DNA of 64,000 nucleotides from Nitrospirales bacterium. Lineage in GTDB: Bacteria > Nitrospirota > Nitrospiria > Nitrospirales > UBA8639. This document shows positions 38,222 to 50,922 of the stretch, in pieces (the first letter of the stretch is position 1; each line of letters opens with the position of its first letter). The translations under genes and the position numbers were made by a program. Under the pieces are notes generated by a model that worked only from the letters and a program-made list of their open reading frames with translations, made no database searches and was not told where the DNA came from. The DNA is taken from positions 2,112,001 to 2,176,000 of the forward strand of contig CBDBCZ010000017.1 of assembly GCA_965203295.1 (NCBI GenBank). Reading direction: 5' to 3'.

Positions 38222-41200
38222 ACTGTTGACGTGCAGCACCCTCCTTATAAAGGCAGCGCTGCTCAAAACACTTGTTTTGTTTTTTTTTAAATCCCATGTA
38301 CGATGCATGAACACTATTATTCTGCAGGCTCCTATGGCTACATACTGCCCTTCTCTTTCGCTGACAGTCCCTCTCCCATTGGGTGCCACGCCTCCCTCTC
38401 CTCTGGGGTACCTACTGCCCCCCTCTCTCATCCACCATTTTAGTACAGCAATGAGTGACCCACTACTAGCATCAGTGTGCATTATAATTTTGAAAACTGA
38501 TCTGACATGATGTCAGATCAACCCAGGTTATGGTCGGACATGGTCTGACATTTAAATTACAGAGCAATTTCAAATTTACCAGTGTTATGTAAATCACTCA
38601 TGGCATGAAAGTTTGACTATAAGATAGAATACTACGAGCGTTAGGTGAGTAGCTTGTGATCGGCAAGTTGGGCAGTAGAGCCTGGGAACGAGGCTAGGTA
38701 GCATGGTCAATGATGTTACTCGTTTTCTGGTTGCTGGAGCCAGTTGTCCATGCCCTGGAGAAGTTCCTCATTCCCACAATACAACTCTCGTGCTTCACAC
38801 AAGTCTCACACCGCAACACAGCCACGAGCGTTTTGGCCACTTATATTGGTCTACTTCAAACCACATCGGGTAATAATCTAGCCAATGTGATCTACGAGAT
38901 TTAGCATCCTATGAGACCTTATTAGTGTCCACCACTAAACTCCAGAAAGTAAATTGACTTATGAAACCAGTTAGCTGGTATTAAACCCACAAGTACCTTG
39001 CTTACTGTGGGCAAGGCACTTGTGGGTTTAATACTAATTGGGCGAGCGTGAGCGAGCCCCACACTAGTGTGTTCAATAGAGAATTTGTCTGTGTGTACGG
39101 TGTACGTACGTACGCACATACCGCATATCCTTTCGCGTTTCAATATAACGTTTCAACAAATAGTTTCCGTAATATTCCAAATTGTTCACGTGGCCACGGT
39201 GGCTGCAGTGCAGCTAGCATAGGGATGCTCTCACAGAGTAGACGGCAGCGGCAAAGGCTACAGCGTTGCCGTATATATCCCCAGGTTGGCGATAAGTCAC
39301 ATTGGAACAGCAGAGAGTGAGTTCTAGAGCCAGAAGAGTTGTCATTTCTCCAGGCCACCGACAGTGACACTGAGACGAGAGAAGGAGCCAAAAGAGCTGC
39401 TGAGGGCGCGTCGCCGCTAATGTACGCATGGGCTAATACCTCGCTCACGCTCGCCCCACAATGCTTTGCATTCACCTAGTACATACATTAATTCACCCAG
39501 AATGCAATTACTATGGTTACAGCTCACTCTCAGGGCACCAGATGTAGAAAGTGTATGCTGGCCCAATATCTTAAGAAGATAGGTTAGTTAGTACACACCT
39601 AGCCCGACATAATACCGCATAGAGCGTAAATTTAGTGGGTCTCTAATTTCACGAATTTCGGGAATTTTGAACGATTCGCAAAAATTATTTCAACAAAATT
39701 TTTTATACTTCCGCTAGTATGCATAGATAGATAGTAGAGTGCATGTGCCAATGTTTTTGGTATTCCAAGAGCGTGGATGGGCAGTAGTATCCGGGGTCCA
39801 AGTTGCCAGAGCGCTCTCCAAACAAATGCCCTCATCCGCGATTTCTGCGGCAAACAGCGAAGTCGCTGTACTTCAGCTATCTGCCTGCGCGAAGGTCAGG
39901 AGAGCATACCTGAAAACGAGCGCAAAGAAGGCTGAAATTGGAAACGAGCGGCGGAGCGTGGAGTGCTAGCCACCATTCACTACTTAAGCTTCCTATAAAT
40001 CTGTGCACATAGTCACTTAGGCACGCTCTGCCAATAAATTCATTAGTACATGGGTGTGGCGAACGAACTCGTGAAATTATTTTAACGAAATGTTCAAAAA
40101 CGGCTATTCGCGAATTTTTAGACCCACCAAATTTAAGTGCTATACAGTAGAGTATGACAAGAATTTGGCTACCAATATTAACGTAAACTACCAAACTATC
40201 ATTTGTCTATATTGCTACACAATCTGAAAGCGTAAATTTAGGAAGATCCCAATTTTGTGGGTGGTATTGTCACAGTGAGCTCTTACTGTCACCATTTGAT
40301 GGGCCTTCCCCATGCAGTTTACAATAATATGACAAGGATAGGATAGTATAGCGACTCAGCTTAAAGGTGTAATGTCAGAGCTGACATTGACCATTTCCAC
40401 TGAAGAGTAGCCAGGTGGGGGTGGAACACACCTCAACCTAAAGGCTCTATGTACGGGCACTCTGAAATGAATATGGGTCTCTCCTATAAAGAAGGCATAA
40501 TTAAACTAATTATAAGTTTCATAAGAAACAATGCCCCCCCCTTCCGAGAAAAGTAAAGCAAGGCCCCAACAGCCAGACAACCAGTACACACTGTGTGATG
40601 GGTGGGGTATGTGTTGCTCCAGCAGGCTGTTGCTGGAGGAGGAGGAGGAGGAGGAGGAGGAGGAGGGGCCACTGACGCCTCAGACCTCTCCTGGCATATT
40701 GTTATAATATCTGATTCAGGACAGCTGCAGTCAGCAGAGCTATAGAGTAAAACTCCTCCAAATCAGGAGTCCCGGGCTCGGACAGGACTGATGTACTCAT
40801 ACTGCTAGTGCTAGGGGATGTTTCGATATCTCAGCAAGTCACAATAGCCTGCAGATGATCAATATAGTCACTGATACATCACGGGTACTGACACCACTGG
40901 TTAATTTCTACCAAAGGGTGCACTTTGAGTACCAAATTGAGTATATATAGTAACCAAACTCTCTCAGTCTCTACAAAACGTAGCTAGCTCGTGCAATCTC
41001 ACTTGCTAGCTCCAATCAAGCTTGCTCATGCTCTCCCCACAATGCCCTGCATTCACCTAGTACACACCGCCAAGGTTAGATAACATCACAATTAGAGTCA
41101 ATGGTATTAGGGGATTGGATCTGTCTTTAGCACAATGATATAAAACATGGAGCTTTTACCAAGGGTGGCTTGCTGCACTCCAAGGCTGTTGTTTGTAAAG

Positions 41201-41305
41201 CTATGAGCATTTGAAAACAGCTGATGTAGTAATATACACACCTTGAAGCACAGTGTGCTCCTGTGGCCTACACTGGAACAGTACATTCGTATTGCAGTGA
41301 GCTAT

Positions 41306-41361
41306 AAGCCCTTTAATTAGGCCTCCCAAAAATTGTAGTAACCAAAAGATTAAACATGAGC
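41306..41361 (-). ncRNA. Sm-site small RNA gene, type A
   Basis: GCUCAUGUUUAAUCUUUUGGUUACUAC-AAUUUUUGG-GAGGCCUAAUUAAAGGGCUU. TATA 41385-41391. PSE-like motif at 41409-41421 has 2 mismatches. Confidence 0.6.
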
Positions 41362-41739
41362 ACATAACTGTGTGCAGCTCCTCCTTATAAAGGCAGCATT
41401 GCTTAAACCACTCGTGGCTTTGTCAGTAATTAGTAATTAAGGTGCATGAATAATGTTATACCTGTCAAGGCTAATATTAAGCAGATTCTTCCTCTACGTC
41501 AAGCGTGCTACTGCAACAGTGAGGTGCTTGGCAGCACACCTCATTACATGGATTTAGTTGTGCTGGCCGACCAACATAAACTTTGGTCTCTATTTTTGAT
41601 TATAGTGATAGCCCAAAGGTTTTATGACATCTGCAAGATACCAAACTTGAAAAATCGCCTAAATCAGCATCTTTATTCTGAGAGTTAGTTTAAAAAATGG
41701 ACAAGCAAGGTAACATGTACCTTAAAATGTTCCCCTCTA

Positions 41740-41793
41740 ATCAATGATGAGTCACTCCAGGTCTCAGTTCTCACTCACTCCTGGCTTTAGGTC
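41740..41793 (-). pseudogene. 5' fragment of the p38 exon (duplicate at about 62650-62705)
   Basis: tag|DLKPGVSEN*DL, truncated. Confidence 0.55.
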
Positions 41794-41867
41794 CTAAGGC
41801 GGAAAAGGGGGGGTGACCAGATCATTTGGGAGCATTTAATTACTGAATCTTTGCAATGGAGAGAATC

Positions 41868-41935
41868 TATAAAGGTAGTACTGCTCAAAAACACTTGTGG
41901 GCTTTAGAAAGCCTCCTAATCAAGATGTATAAATA
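41868..41935 (-). promoter_or_regulatory. Orphan type A promoter (duplicate at about 62778-62847)
   Basis: TATAAAGG...AAACACTTGTGGGCTT fused to p38 intron-derived sequence. No Sm site. Confidence 0.4.
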
Positions 41936-42197
41936 CCCTTGCATCTATCCCGTATGAAGGCGGCAACACTGGTCAATCTAATGTGAATTTCCAAATGTTT
42001 CCACATTGCACATGTGCTATTGGATTCTGTTATCCACTTCTAGCAGGTAATTTAGACATTAAAGAGCGAAAAAGCTCAATTTTTGACTGGATAGATAGCC
42101 CCCCCCCCCCGCCTAATTATGCAGGCAACTAAAAATACAGCACTGTGTACTCCACACTGCAACAGTACAGTCACCTTTCAATCTCATTAACAGTTGT

Positions 42198-42251
42198 AGG
42201 CCCTTTAATTAGGCCTTCCAAAAATTGTATATCCCACACAACAAAGAACAT
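42198..42251 (-). ncRNA. Sm-site small RNA gene, type A
   Basis: AUGUUCUUUGUUGUGUGGGAUAUAC-AAUUUUUGG-AAGGCCUAAUUAAAGGGCCU. TATA degenerate, PSE-like 42296-42306. Confidence 0.58.
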
Positions 42252-43249
42252 TGTTACATGCAACTCCCATCTAATACAAGCAGCATTGCTCAAAACACTT
42301 GTGGGGCTGTCAATAGTTAGCAATTAAGTTGCATGAATACAGTTATATCTGCCAATAAGCCTGGAGTGCATCATTGTTCAGTCAAGTGTAGTAGTCAACC
42401 CTCGGCGCGTGAGCGCGTGTGAGGGGTAATTACGGTAGTCGTTGTGCGTGTCTGTTTCAACTGACTTTGTCCCACCGAAATGTGAAGAACACGTTGTCCA
42501 GTTGAAGGTGCTGAATTTAGGCAATCGATATTGTCTTGAGGATAGATGTGCGATTTTGTACAACAAGCTGCAGTTGCTTAGATACAGCAACACTTGCGTT
42601 CTTGCTGCTACGAGCGGCCAGCCATTTAATAACACGTTACTGTAAGTAATTAAGGCCACGCCATATTGTGTGCTATTTAGATATCTACACATTCCCCACG
42701 CGGTGGATTTCGGTTTGAATCTCTGTGAATCATGTTCTGCGATTGTCTTGCACTTGAAGTGCCGTGAGCTATTGATACTTTGGTCATTGTATTTTACATG
42801 GTATAATGCCGCAAAAGTCTGCCCAAAGTGTCTTGCTGCTATTCACATCAGAAAAGTATGTTGTGATTGTGGACATGTGCTTGTACTGAGACGAACAACT
42901 CAATTTAGCAAAAGTAGAAAGCTTGAAAAACGAGCAGACTTGAGAGCCTTAGAAGCAGAAATTCATGCATTAAACTGCAGGAAGCACGTTAAAGAGCAAA
43001 AACTGGTGAAGAGAAAGCTAAGCGTAAGAGGGCAATTGAACCTTCTGAAGAGAAAGCCAAACGTAGAAAAGATGACATAGAGTCTAAAGTAGCTAAAAGG
43101 GGCAATGAAACTAAAATGACCAAAGTATCAATAACTCACGGCACTTAATGCAACAGAACCTGATTCAAAAAGATTTAAACCAAGCTTCATCAAATCCACC
43201 GCGTAGGGAATGTTCATTAACTCTCAAGTAAAGCGCCGAGGGTTCTGAA

Positions 43250-43615
43250 TAGCCTCGTTCCCAGGCCCGCGACTTTTTTGGTTGCACGAAGGAAAGTCAC
43301 AGGGCCTGGTAACTAAAGTCACGTGATCAACTTACGTCATAATCCACTTCGAAAGACGGCTGCGTTTCTCTACATTTAACCGGAGACTTTTTCAGCGGTA
43401 AGTCTATGGCACAAACGGGCTATAAAGAAAGGCTACAAGAAGTGTAGAGTCGCTACCTTCGCTCGTTGTCTGAGAATTGCACGCGTACTCGCCCACGCTC
43501 ATAATTACCTTTCTACTACCTTTCTACTCTTTGCCTCGCGCACGTGACTTTAGATCCCAGGCCCTGTGATATCTTTCGTGTAACCGAAAATGGTGCGGGC
43601 CTGGGAACGAGGCTA
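43250..43615. mobile_element. MITE, TAGCCTCG family, with a 9 bp TSD
   Basis: TIR TAGCCTCGTTCCCAGGCCCGC; GGTTCTGAA duplicated on both sides. Confidence 0.85.
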
Positions 43616-43729
43616 GGTTCTGAACACACAGTGTTCTTGTTTTCTTCTCTGGCTGATGGTACATACTATCAACACTTTAAACAAATTTCTACTATTTTCA
43701 TTAATAAACTATGTGTTTTGATATGTACA

Positions 43730-43835
43730 CTGCAAACCTCTGTGAGATGATAAGCTTTCTGAGAGTAACGAAATCTCAAAAAATCGGGACCCAGGTGGGG
43801 ATTGAACCCAGGACCTTCTGATACTAGTCAGATGT
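43730..43835 (-). mobile_element. Truncated second copy of the tRNA-Thr-derived element
   Basis: Reverse complement matches 6038-6135, including the non-tRNA 3' tail, which suggests a SINE. Confidence 0.55.
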
Positions 43836-44280
43836 ACGCCAACCAATTAACAATGTTAATATGCACTTCCTGAATGTCCAAATTCTTTCCAGCCATCCTG
43901 AAAACCATATGCACACCCAGACTGTGATAGCCACAAAACACACTGCAGAGATTGCTGTATTAATTAATTAACAGATCATCAAGTGAGATGCCACTAGTAT
44001 GGTTTCCAGGACATTTTAATTAGTTATTTGAACTGTGAACTATTTTAGTGTGAGCAGACAGTTATTAGCCATTACACATGTGCAAGGCACCAATTGCACG
44101 ATTGCGCAATCTCAAACATGTCAGTTGCAGTGATTGAACGACTATGGACTAAGTCAACCCACCCTCCCGAAACCCTTGATTCATGCACATATATTTTGTC
44201 TGTTCACGACAAAGTAAACATGTTACCTTGGCGATGGGGCAAGCCTACTATATACCTCACCTGCTCTCTGAGCAACCAGA

Positions 44281-44514
44281 GGCTCCTTGAGCCTCCAGCC
44301 TCTCAACCCACTCACAAGGCTCCTTGAGCCTCCAGCCTCTCAACCTACTCACAAGGCTCCTTGAGCCTCCAGCCTCTCAACCTAATCACAAGGCTCCTTG
44401 AGCCTCCAGCCTCTCAACCTACTCACAAGGCTCCTTGAGCCTCCAGCCTCTCAACCTACTCACAAGGCTCCTTGAGCCTCCAGCCTCTCAACCTACTCAT
44501 AAGGCTCCTTGAGC
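44281..44514 (+). repeat. 37 bp tandem repeat
   Basis: GGCTCCTTGAGCCTCCAGCCTCTCAACCTACTCACAA about 6.3 times, with no spacers. Confidence 0.9.
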
Positions 44515-45522
44515 TTGCATCCACGGCTCCCTGAGCCCTCACTAAAGTATCCTGGGCTGCAGCTCTGTACGTGTCTCAACGTTACTGCCAGCCTAGGTCT
44601 CGCTCAATTCTTGCCCCAGTTGCCACAGGGTCCGGCCAAAACATTTAGTTTATTAGGTTATTAGAGGGAGACCTCTAACACTCACACAGCCTATGTGAGA
44701 GCGAGACATTAATCAAGATTTCATTGTCGAACACCTCTTAGTACGTATGAGGTAAGTAATGTTGTGGCGTGGTAGTTGAATCTGAGCTAGTGTATGTACG
44801 GTCTTGAAAAACTAACAAACAAGTTAGCATCAGCACCACATTACACAGAAAAGATCAATGAAGAGCAAGTCAGGATGAAATCCCTAAAAATAAGATAAGA
44901 ACTAGAAGTCTCTAGCAGAAACATATCCCACACTCCTGAACTCTGCAGACTGGAAACAGCATGTGGACCCGTATACCGTGCTCGTGTAACGCCGTATACG
45001 AGTGGTAAGCGTGACTGATATAATAGTAATGACATGGGTGCTTCTCTACGTATACTCTAGTATGGACACGTGTCAAGAGTCTGCATATGCTGGCCTCGGT
45101 CATATTCAAAATCTTGTTCATACTAAAATGGCGGACCTTACCGATGTTGAATAAGAAAAAGTCGGACATACGGAGACAAGAATCGTTTTGGTTATTGTCA
45201 GGGACACACTCGTTGGATTTCAATTATTACATCCTGCTTTGTGATTATTATAGCATCTCAATCTCCCGTTCAAAAGTTGTTTTTTTTTATGACAGATGAT
45301 GACGACAGATGGACAAAACCGAATACTTAACCCCACTCACGTATACGCGGCACAGGGTAATGACACAACAGAACTTTCATGGATTACCACTACCATCCCT
45401 ACAACCTGCCAACAGCACACACACACCACAAGCATGCTAATATCTGTATGGAAAATTCCAACAGTGCCACTACATGCAGTGTAGCCACTGAAGACTACAT
45501 AAACAGGTTAAGTGCCACATAT

Positions 45523-45580
45523 AGGCCCATTACAGGCCCCCAAAAATTGTAAGAGTTCAATTTATATTGGAGCAGGAACA
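45523..45580 (-). ncRNA. Sm-site small RNA gene, type A, promoter split by a MITE
   Basis: GUUCCUGCUCCAAUAUAAAUUGAACUCUUAC-AAUUUUUGG-GGGCCUGUAAUGGGCCU. TATA 45783-45789 and PSE-like 45808-45819 are displaced by the insertion at 45603-45772. Confidence 0.58.
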
Positions 45581-45602
45581 GAACAAGGAGTCAGGTTTCC
45601 TC

Positions 45603-45772
45603 TAGTCTCGTACCCAGAGCCCTCCCCCCGGTTAATCAAGCGTACGCGTAATTACGTTCCATAAATTCCAACTCTACGTACGCGTAGCGGTAACGCAATC
45701 TCCCAGACCCTCCCTTCGTTTTACTTTTTCCCTACTTTACCAGGGGGGGGGAGGGCTCTGGGTACGAGACTA
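45603..45772. mobile_element. MITE with a 9 bp TSD inserted in a small-RNA promoter
   Basis: TIR TAGTCTCGTACCCAGAGCCCTCCCCCC; GGTTTCCTC duplicated on both sides. Confidence 0.85.
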
Positions 45773-47024
45773 GGTTTCCTCCTTATATATGCAGCACTTG
45801 CTCAAAATACTTGTGGGTTGCTAAAACTCTCAATAATATCCATTACAGTGCATGAATATCATTACCTGCTCTGCAGCCATATTATGGCCCTACATTGTAC
45901 AGGGGAGACTACAGCTCTGGTGCAAATACTACTAGTTCCGGTTTTGGTCAGCATAAAGTTTTGAGATTCACATGTAAGCATGATCTTACACAAGTTAATG
46001 CCTCCAGAGGAGGTTGGAAGCGGTCATGTATACTAATAGTGGAATCCAATTAGCTATGCTTTCTGATGATGTCAATAAAACGTCTTGGGCATAAAGTTTA
46101 GAGACTCACACATGTGAGCATGAACTTGCCATGGAATTCTCAATGAACAGCATTAAAGTAAACCTCACACCGAAGCCTTTCACCTCATACTGTAGCCATG
46201 GAGAAAAATTTGGACAAAAGGACTTTGGTATGAATTGAGGAATGTCGGGCAGTTATACAGCGGGCGGGGGGGGGGGTGTGGCTAGAGTCCACACATATTA
46301 TTTGTCTACTTTCCATACTACAAACCAATTCTGGGTAGCAATCTAGCCAATGCGATCTACATGTACGTACGAGATCTTATAAGTGTTCTCTCTACCCTGA
46401 GCCCCAATGTCTGTGAAGGTAGATGGGACTTAGAAAGTATTCAGCTAACTGAATATTCAACAGTGCAGGCTGGCAGTTTAAAGCTAAATTTGTGCAAGAC
46501 TCTCCCTCTTCTTATTTCATTTTTTACCCTGCACCCATATACACAAGTGGGGTTGAGCAATCTGCTGTTGTTGTACAGCTGTCCTTAAAAAAAATTCGAT
46601 TTAGAGGCTCTAACAATTTCAAAACAGGATGTAACTAAAGAAATAAAAAAAATCGAGGTGTGTGTGTGTCCTGACAGTGACCTAAGGGTTCTAGCCAGCT
46701 CTATCTTATTCAATATCAGTAAGGTCTACCATTTTAATACGGTGAAGAACTCCACTAAGGCAGAGGCCAGGCACACGCGGTCTGTGTTCACGGAGGAGTA
46801 TACATAGAGAAGTGTCTGTGTCTTTACTGCGGTGATCAGTCACGCCCTATGGCAGTACATGAACACGATATACTTGTCTTTCACGCTGCCAATAATTTAG
46901 GTCCAGTCTTCAGAGTCCAGGAGCGTGGGGCATGTATCTGCTGAAAACATTTATTTGCTTTTTTTGTGAGGGTGGGGGGAGGGCCTGGGGAGGGTCTAGT
47001 GAGCTAGACTAAGGGTTCTCTAAC

Positions 47025-47116
47025 CTTTCTGATCACTGCTTGTCCAGTTCAGCATGATCTCAGGTGCCCTCCACCAGCAGTCAATCATAGTTCTCACTCA
47101 CTCCTCGCTTTAGGTC
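47025..47116 (-). pseudogene. p38 MAPK exon remnant (duplicate of 27676)
   Basis: [26 protein letters not shown]. Confidence 0.75.
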
Positions 47117-49514
47117 CTAAGGTGGGGGAGAGGGAATATGCAATGAACAGGTCATGTGGGAGCATCTAATTACAGCAATGGAGAGAACCAATTACTACTC
47201 AGTGATGTGAAGCAGAGTGAGGTCAGTATTTGGGCTCAGATCTCTCTTAGCAATCTGTAGGGTAACCATTCCACACATACGCACTTATGCTCCCAATATC
47301 CAACAATCGCCACGAGTGCACATCCAAGTCAAGACATTCTGATCACTAACCGACAGCAAGGTAGGATCTGAGGATCCAAGAAGTTGAAGAGAGGACAGCA
47401 GAAGATACTACTGCTGCTATGGTACTTGCTAGGCAACAGTGTAAGTACCAGGAGACCCCAGAGGCTGACTGAGACCAGGCTCCAACGAGGGAGAGAGGTC
47501 AGGCACCACTGGAATAGAGTGTGCCAGAGAGAGAGAGAGAAGGGCAGTAGGTACCCCTCGGAAGAGAGGGAGTGTCATGCTTTAACTACGTACCAGAAAT
47601 TCCAGTTTGTATGCTGGGAGTGGGAGGTGGGTGGGGGTGGGGGGGGGGGGGGGAGCCTAAGGTTAGCAAGTCACTTGTGGGTTGGCACAGTTATCGATAT
47701 TCATTCAGTCATTACTGTCTATGATCACTGTTCACTCTAAGTGGAGCCTGAGTGACAAGATATACAGTCACTGCGGTCCAAAATGCCTGTTAGGAACATT
47801 ACCTCAATAAATGCACACACCCGGCCTGTCATACTGATGTATACCCCAAATAGCCTCATTCCCAGTACTTTACACACCAGCTTTTATCTCACAGCCACGG
47901 GAAAAAAGTAAGGGGGAAGGCCTGGTACCACTTATCACGTGCCGTGATGCAGGGTAGACGTTTATACCCACACAATGGTACTTACATGCCCATGCACTAC
48001 TGCATAGCGCTTAAATTTCACAGGTCTTTAATTTCACAAATTTCGTGAATCTGCAAAATTATTTTTAATTTTGTCGCTTCCGACTTTACACAGATGTTTC
48101 TGTTTCAGTACTTCAAGTGCCCTCGTCCGCGATTTCTGCAGCAAACAGCCAAATCACTGCTATCTGCCAGCGCGAAGGTCAGGGAGCATACTTGAAAATG
48201 AGCACAGAGAAGAAGGCCGAAATTGGACATCAAGCAGCAGAGCATGGAGTGCTAGCCACCACTCACTACTACGCTACTGTCTGTGTGCATTACACCCGGT
48301 TACACCCCACCCATAAATTCAGTAGTACGTGTTTAATGAATTTGCAAATTATTTAGCTATTCGCTATTTTTAGACCCACCAAATTTAAGCGCTATGTGGT
48401 AAATGAAAAACGGCATCCGTTGAGCACAGAATGACTGCAAAATTGAAACTGAGGGCTGTTGACTGAGATAAACAATCCTTTGGGTAGCGATTTGTGTAAG
48501 TTCCAACTGCTCACGGCTGAAAGGGACCGTTCTAGAAGGCCTGATGGCGGGTGAGAGGCCATGACAGTGAGAGATGCTCCTACCTTTTATCTAGCTGCCA
48601 TAAGTGTGGGCTTATCGCTGCCTGAAGGATCGTCTGCCTCAGTCAACAGGCCTCGGTGGTGCCATTTCTGTTGTTCTGTGCTTAACAATGCCGATTTTGA
48701 ATTACTAAGTGGGCATGTAAGTACACACGCATGTAAGTACTGTTGCATGGGCATATACGTAAGTCTACCCTACATCACGGTACGTGATAAGTGGTACCAG
48801 GCCTTCCCCCTCGCTTTTTCCCCACCGCTGCGAGATATACAAGCTAGGGTGTGGAAATGAGGCTATATGCCAATACTGTTTGACAACATTGGCACACGAT
48901 CCAAAAGTGCCACTCCCCAGTGTGTGGATGATAACCGTCACAGTGAGCTAATATTAGCTCCATTTACTTGCCTCTCCCGAGCAGTTCACGAGATAATGAT
49001 TATACAATGAATAACATTGCTACATAAACTTTTGTGAATAGCCTGATCATGTTCCAAGGCATTGTAGACGGAGAATACACCTCAGCAAATGGGTTTACAA
49101 GTCCTTGGGTCCTTGCAGTGTTTTCTGTCCTAGCATTTAGAATCATGCAGGCTTGTTTCCCAAGAACTCCAAGGCAGACTTCTTGTGTGCACACATGCCT
49201 ATTTCCCATAATCAGTCAGTGTGGCGCCGATAATAGGAAAGTGCCGACACTTTGTCACTTACAATTACATTATATACACATTTCAGAGACAGTTCATGGG
49301 TAGTGAGTAGATGATCGTGCCCGGTACCATCACATCCTACATCTACACAGCCATCTACCTCTTCTCTCACCCAATGAATAAGCCATTGGAAAAAAACAAA
49401 AAAACATGCAGGGATGGAATCTCCAAAGAAACAAAACAGCACCACAATGCTTTACAAAATGCCATCCCCACATCTACTTCATGATAATGAGTTTACTTTC
49501 TAAGGAACTGAGTT

Positions 49515-49582
49515 GAGCCTTTTGGCTCTCCAAAAATTGTGTGCATTATTTCATGCACTTTTTCCTGGTGCATCAGGATCCC
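49515..49582 (-). ncRNA. Sm-site small RNA gene (duplicate of 30173-30241)
   Basis: Sm site 49530-49538, GAGCC-AAAA-GGCUC stem, internal GUGCAU/AUGCAC stem. TATA 49606-49612, PSE-like 49630-49640. Confidence 0.65.
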
Positions 49583-50797
49583 AAATTTCTGCTGCAGCTT
49601 GCTCCTTATAAACCCAGTCACTGAGAAAACACGTGTGGGTCTAGCAGCTACTAATGAATTCATAGGACACTTCCTATGATTAGTAATTCACAAATTGATC
49701 CTTACAATGTCACTACAGCTGCACAGCAATACATAGTGTCATGGCAAATGGAGCCCATTGTAGCCTGGGAACGAGGCTAGCCCATTGCGCAGTAGGTGGA
49801 AGAATGACACGAGGCGGAAAGCTGCTGTGTGTGCCTTGAGACCTGACTAGGGGATGTGGCTATAATGCTACTCAGCAACGCTCCAGACTACGCCCGATCG
49901 TGCTCGTGATGAACCCTCAACCACATAGCTCTCAGCTGACTCCTCTCTACACTACACTGCTAGTCGACGTGAGGCAGGATCATCAACTTTTAGGCAATAT
50001 CAGAAGCTGTTTGCTCCTTCCGCCTATCTAGCAGGGACACATATAGCACTAGTGTCATACATGATTGTCAGATACACCCGTACAACTAGTTGCTGCAGGA
50101 GCAAGCCTTTTTAAAGGACTGTTAGTAGCTACCCACTTAACCTGCCTCCATCCAACACTCAGCTACAAAAGTGGTGATGACTGTGAAAGTGTATCCACTA
50201 AGAGTCGAGCTAGTACAGTGCACTTACGGCTAGGCTTCGGTCTTAGCTTTCCTGTTTTGCTTTGCAGTTGTTTGCAGTCGCTGCTTCTGCAGTTGTTTGC
50301 AGTTTCTCCTTTGAGTTACTGCCGCCACATGGCTCAGGCAGGAATCAGTCAGCTACACTAGCTATAGTGGAGATTTTTAACGCAAAGTTGAGGATTGAAC
50401 GTGGAGCTGCCTCTACATGTACGTGATTCAGTCAGTAGCACTATTGCCGGCCTTGGCATATGCAAAATGTTCCATACAAGTCACTAGAGGGGACACTTCT
50501 TTTCATTTCTATCTGTATAGAGCGAGCTAGTTCAACAAGCCCAAATAGTTGCGCGAGCAAAGCGAGCACAACTACTAGTACATGTAAACCAGAGATTTAG
50601 GACTACAAGACAGCAGTCCATTTGTAAAGTGAGAGAGTGTGTACAGTTACATGTGTAGCCTGAGGAATGCTGGCGACCCACCAGACAACAACTCACAGTC
50701 ACACTACTCACAATTAGCATGTTTGACTGGCCACTAATGAGACCCTGCATGGTTACCAAAGGCCCACCCTGGTGACCCCCTCTACCAAGACACTAAC

Positions 50798-50922
50798 CAA
50801 AACACTTCCAGTTCAGCATGATCTCAGGCGCCCTCCAGTAGCGTGTTGTGACGTAGCCGGTCATGATCTCGACTGACGCTCGAAAACTTTGATCTCACTC
50901 CGGTGCTGCTGAGCTTCAGAGC
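50798..50922 (-). pseudogene. p38 MAPK exon remnant (duplicate of 31929-32061)
   Basis: [28 protein letters not shown] with splice acceptor and donor. Frameshifted. Confidence 0.85.

Noticed and set aside
44281..44514. CRISPR-like 37 bp repeat with a small hairpin
   Set aside because: Units are contiguous with no unique spacers, there are no cas genes, and the context is eukaryotic.
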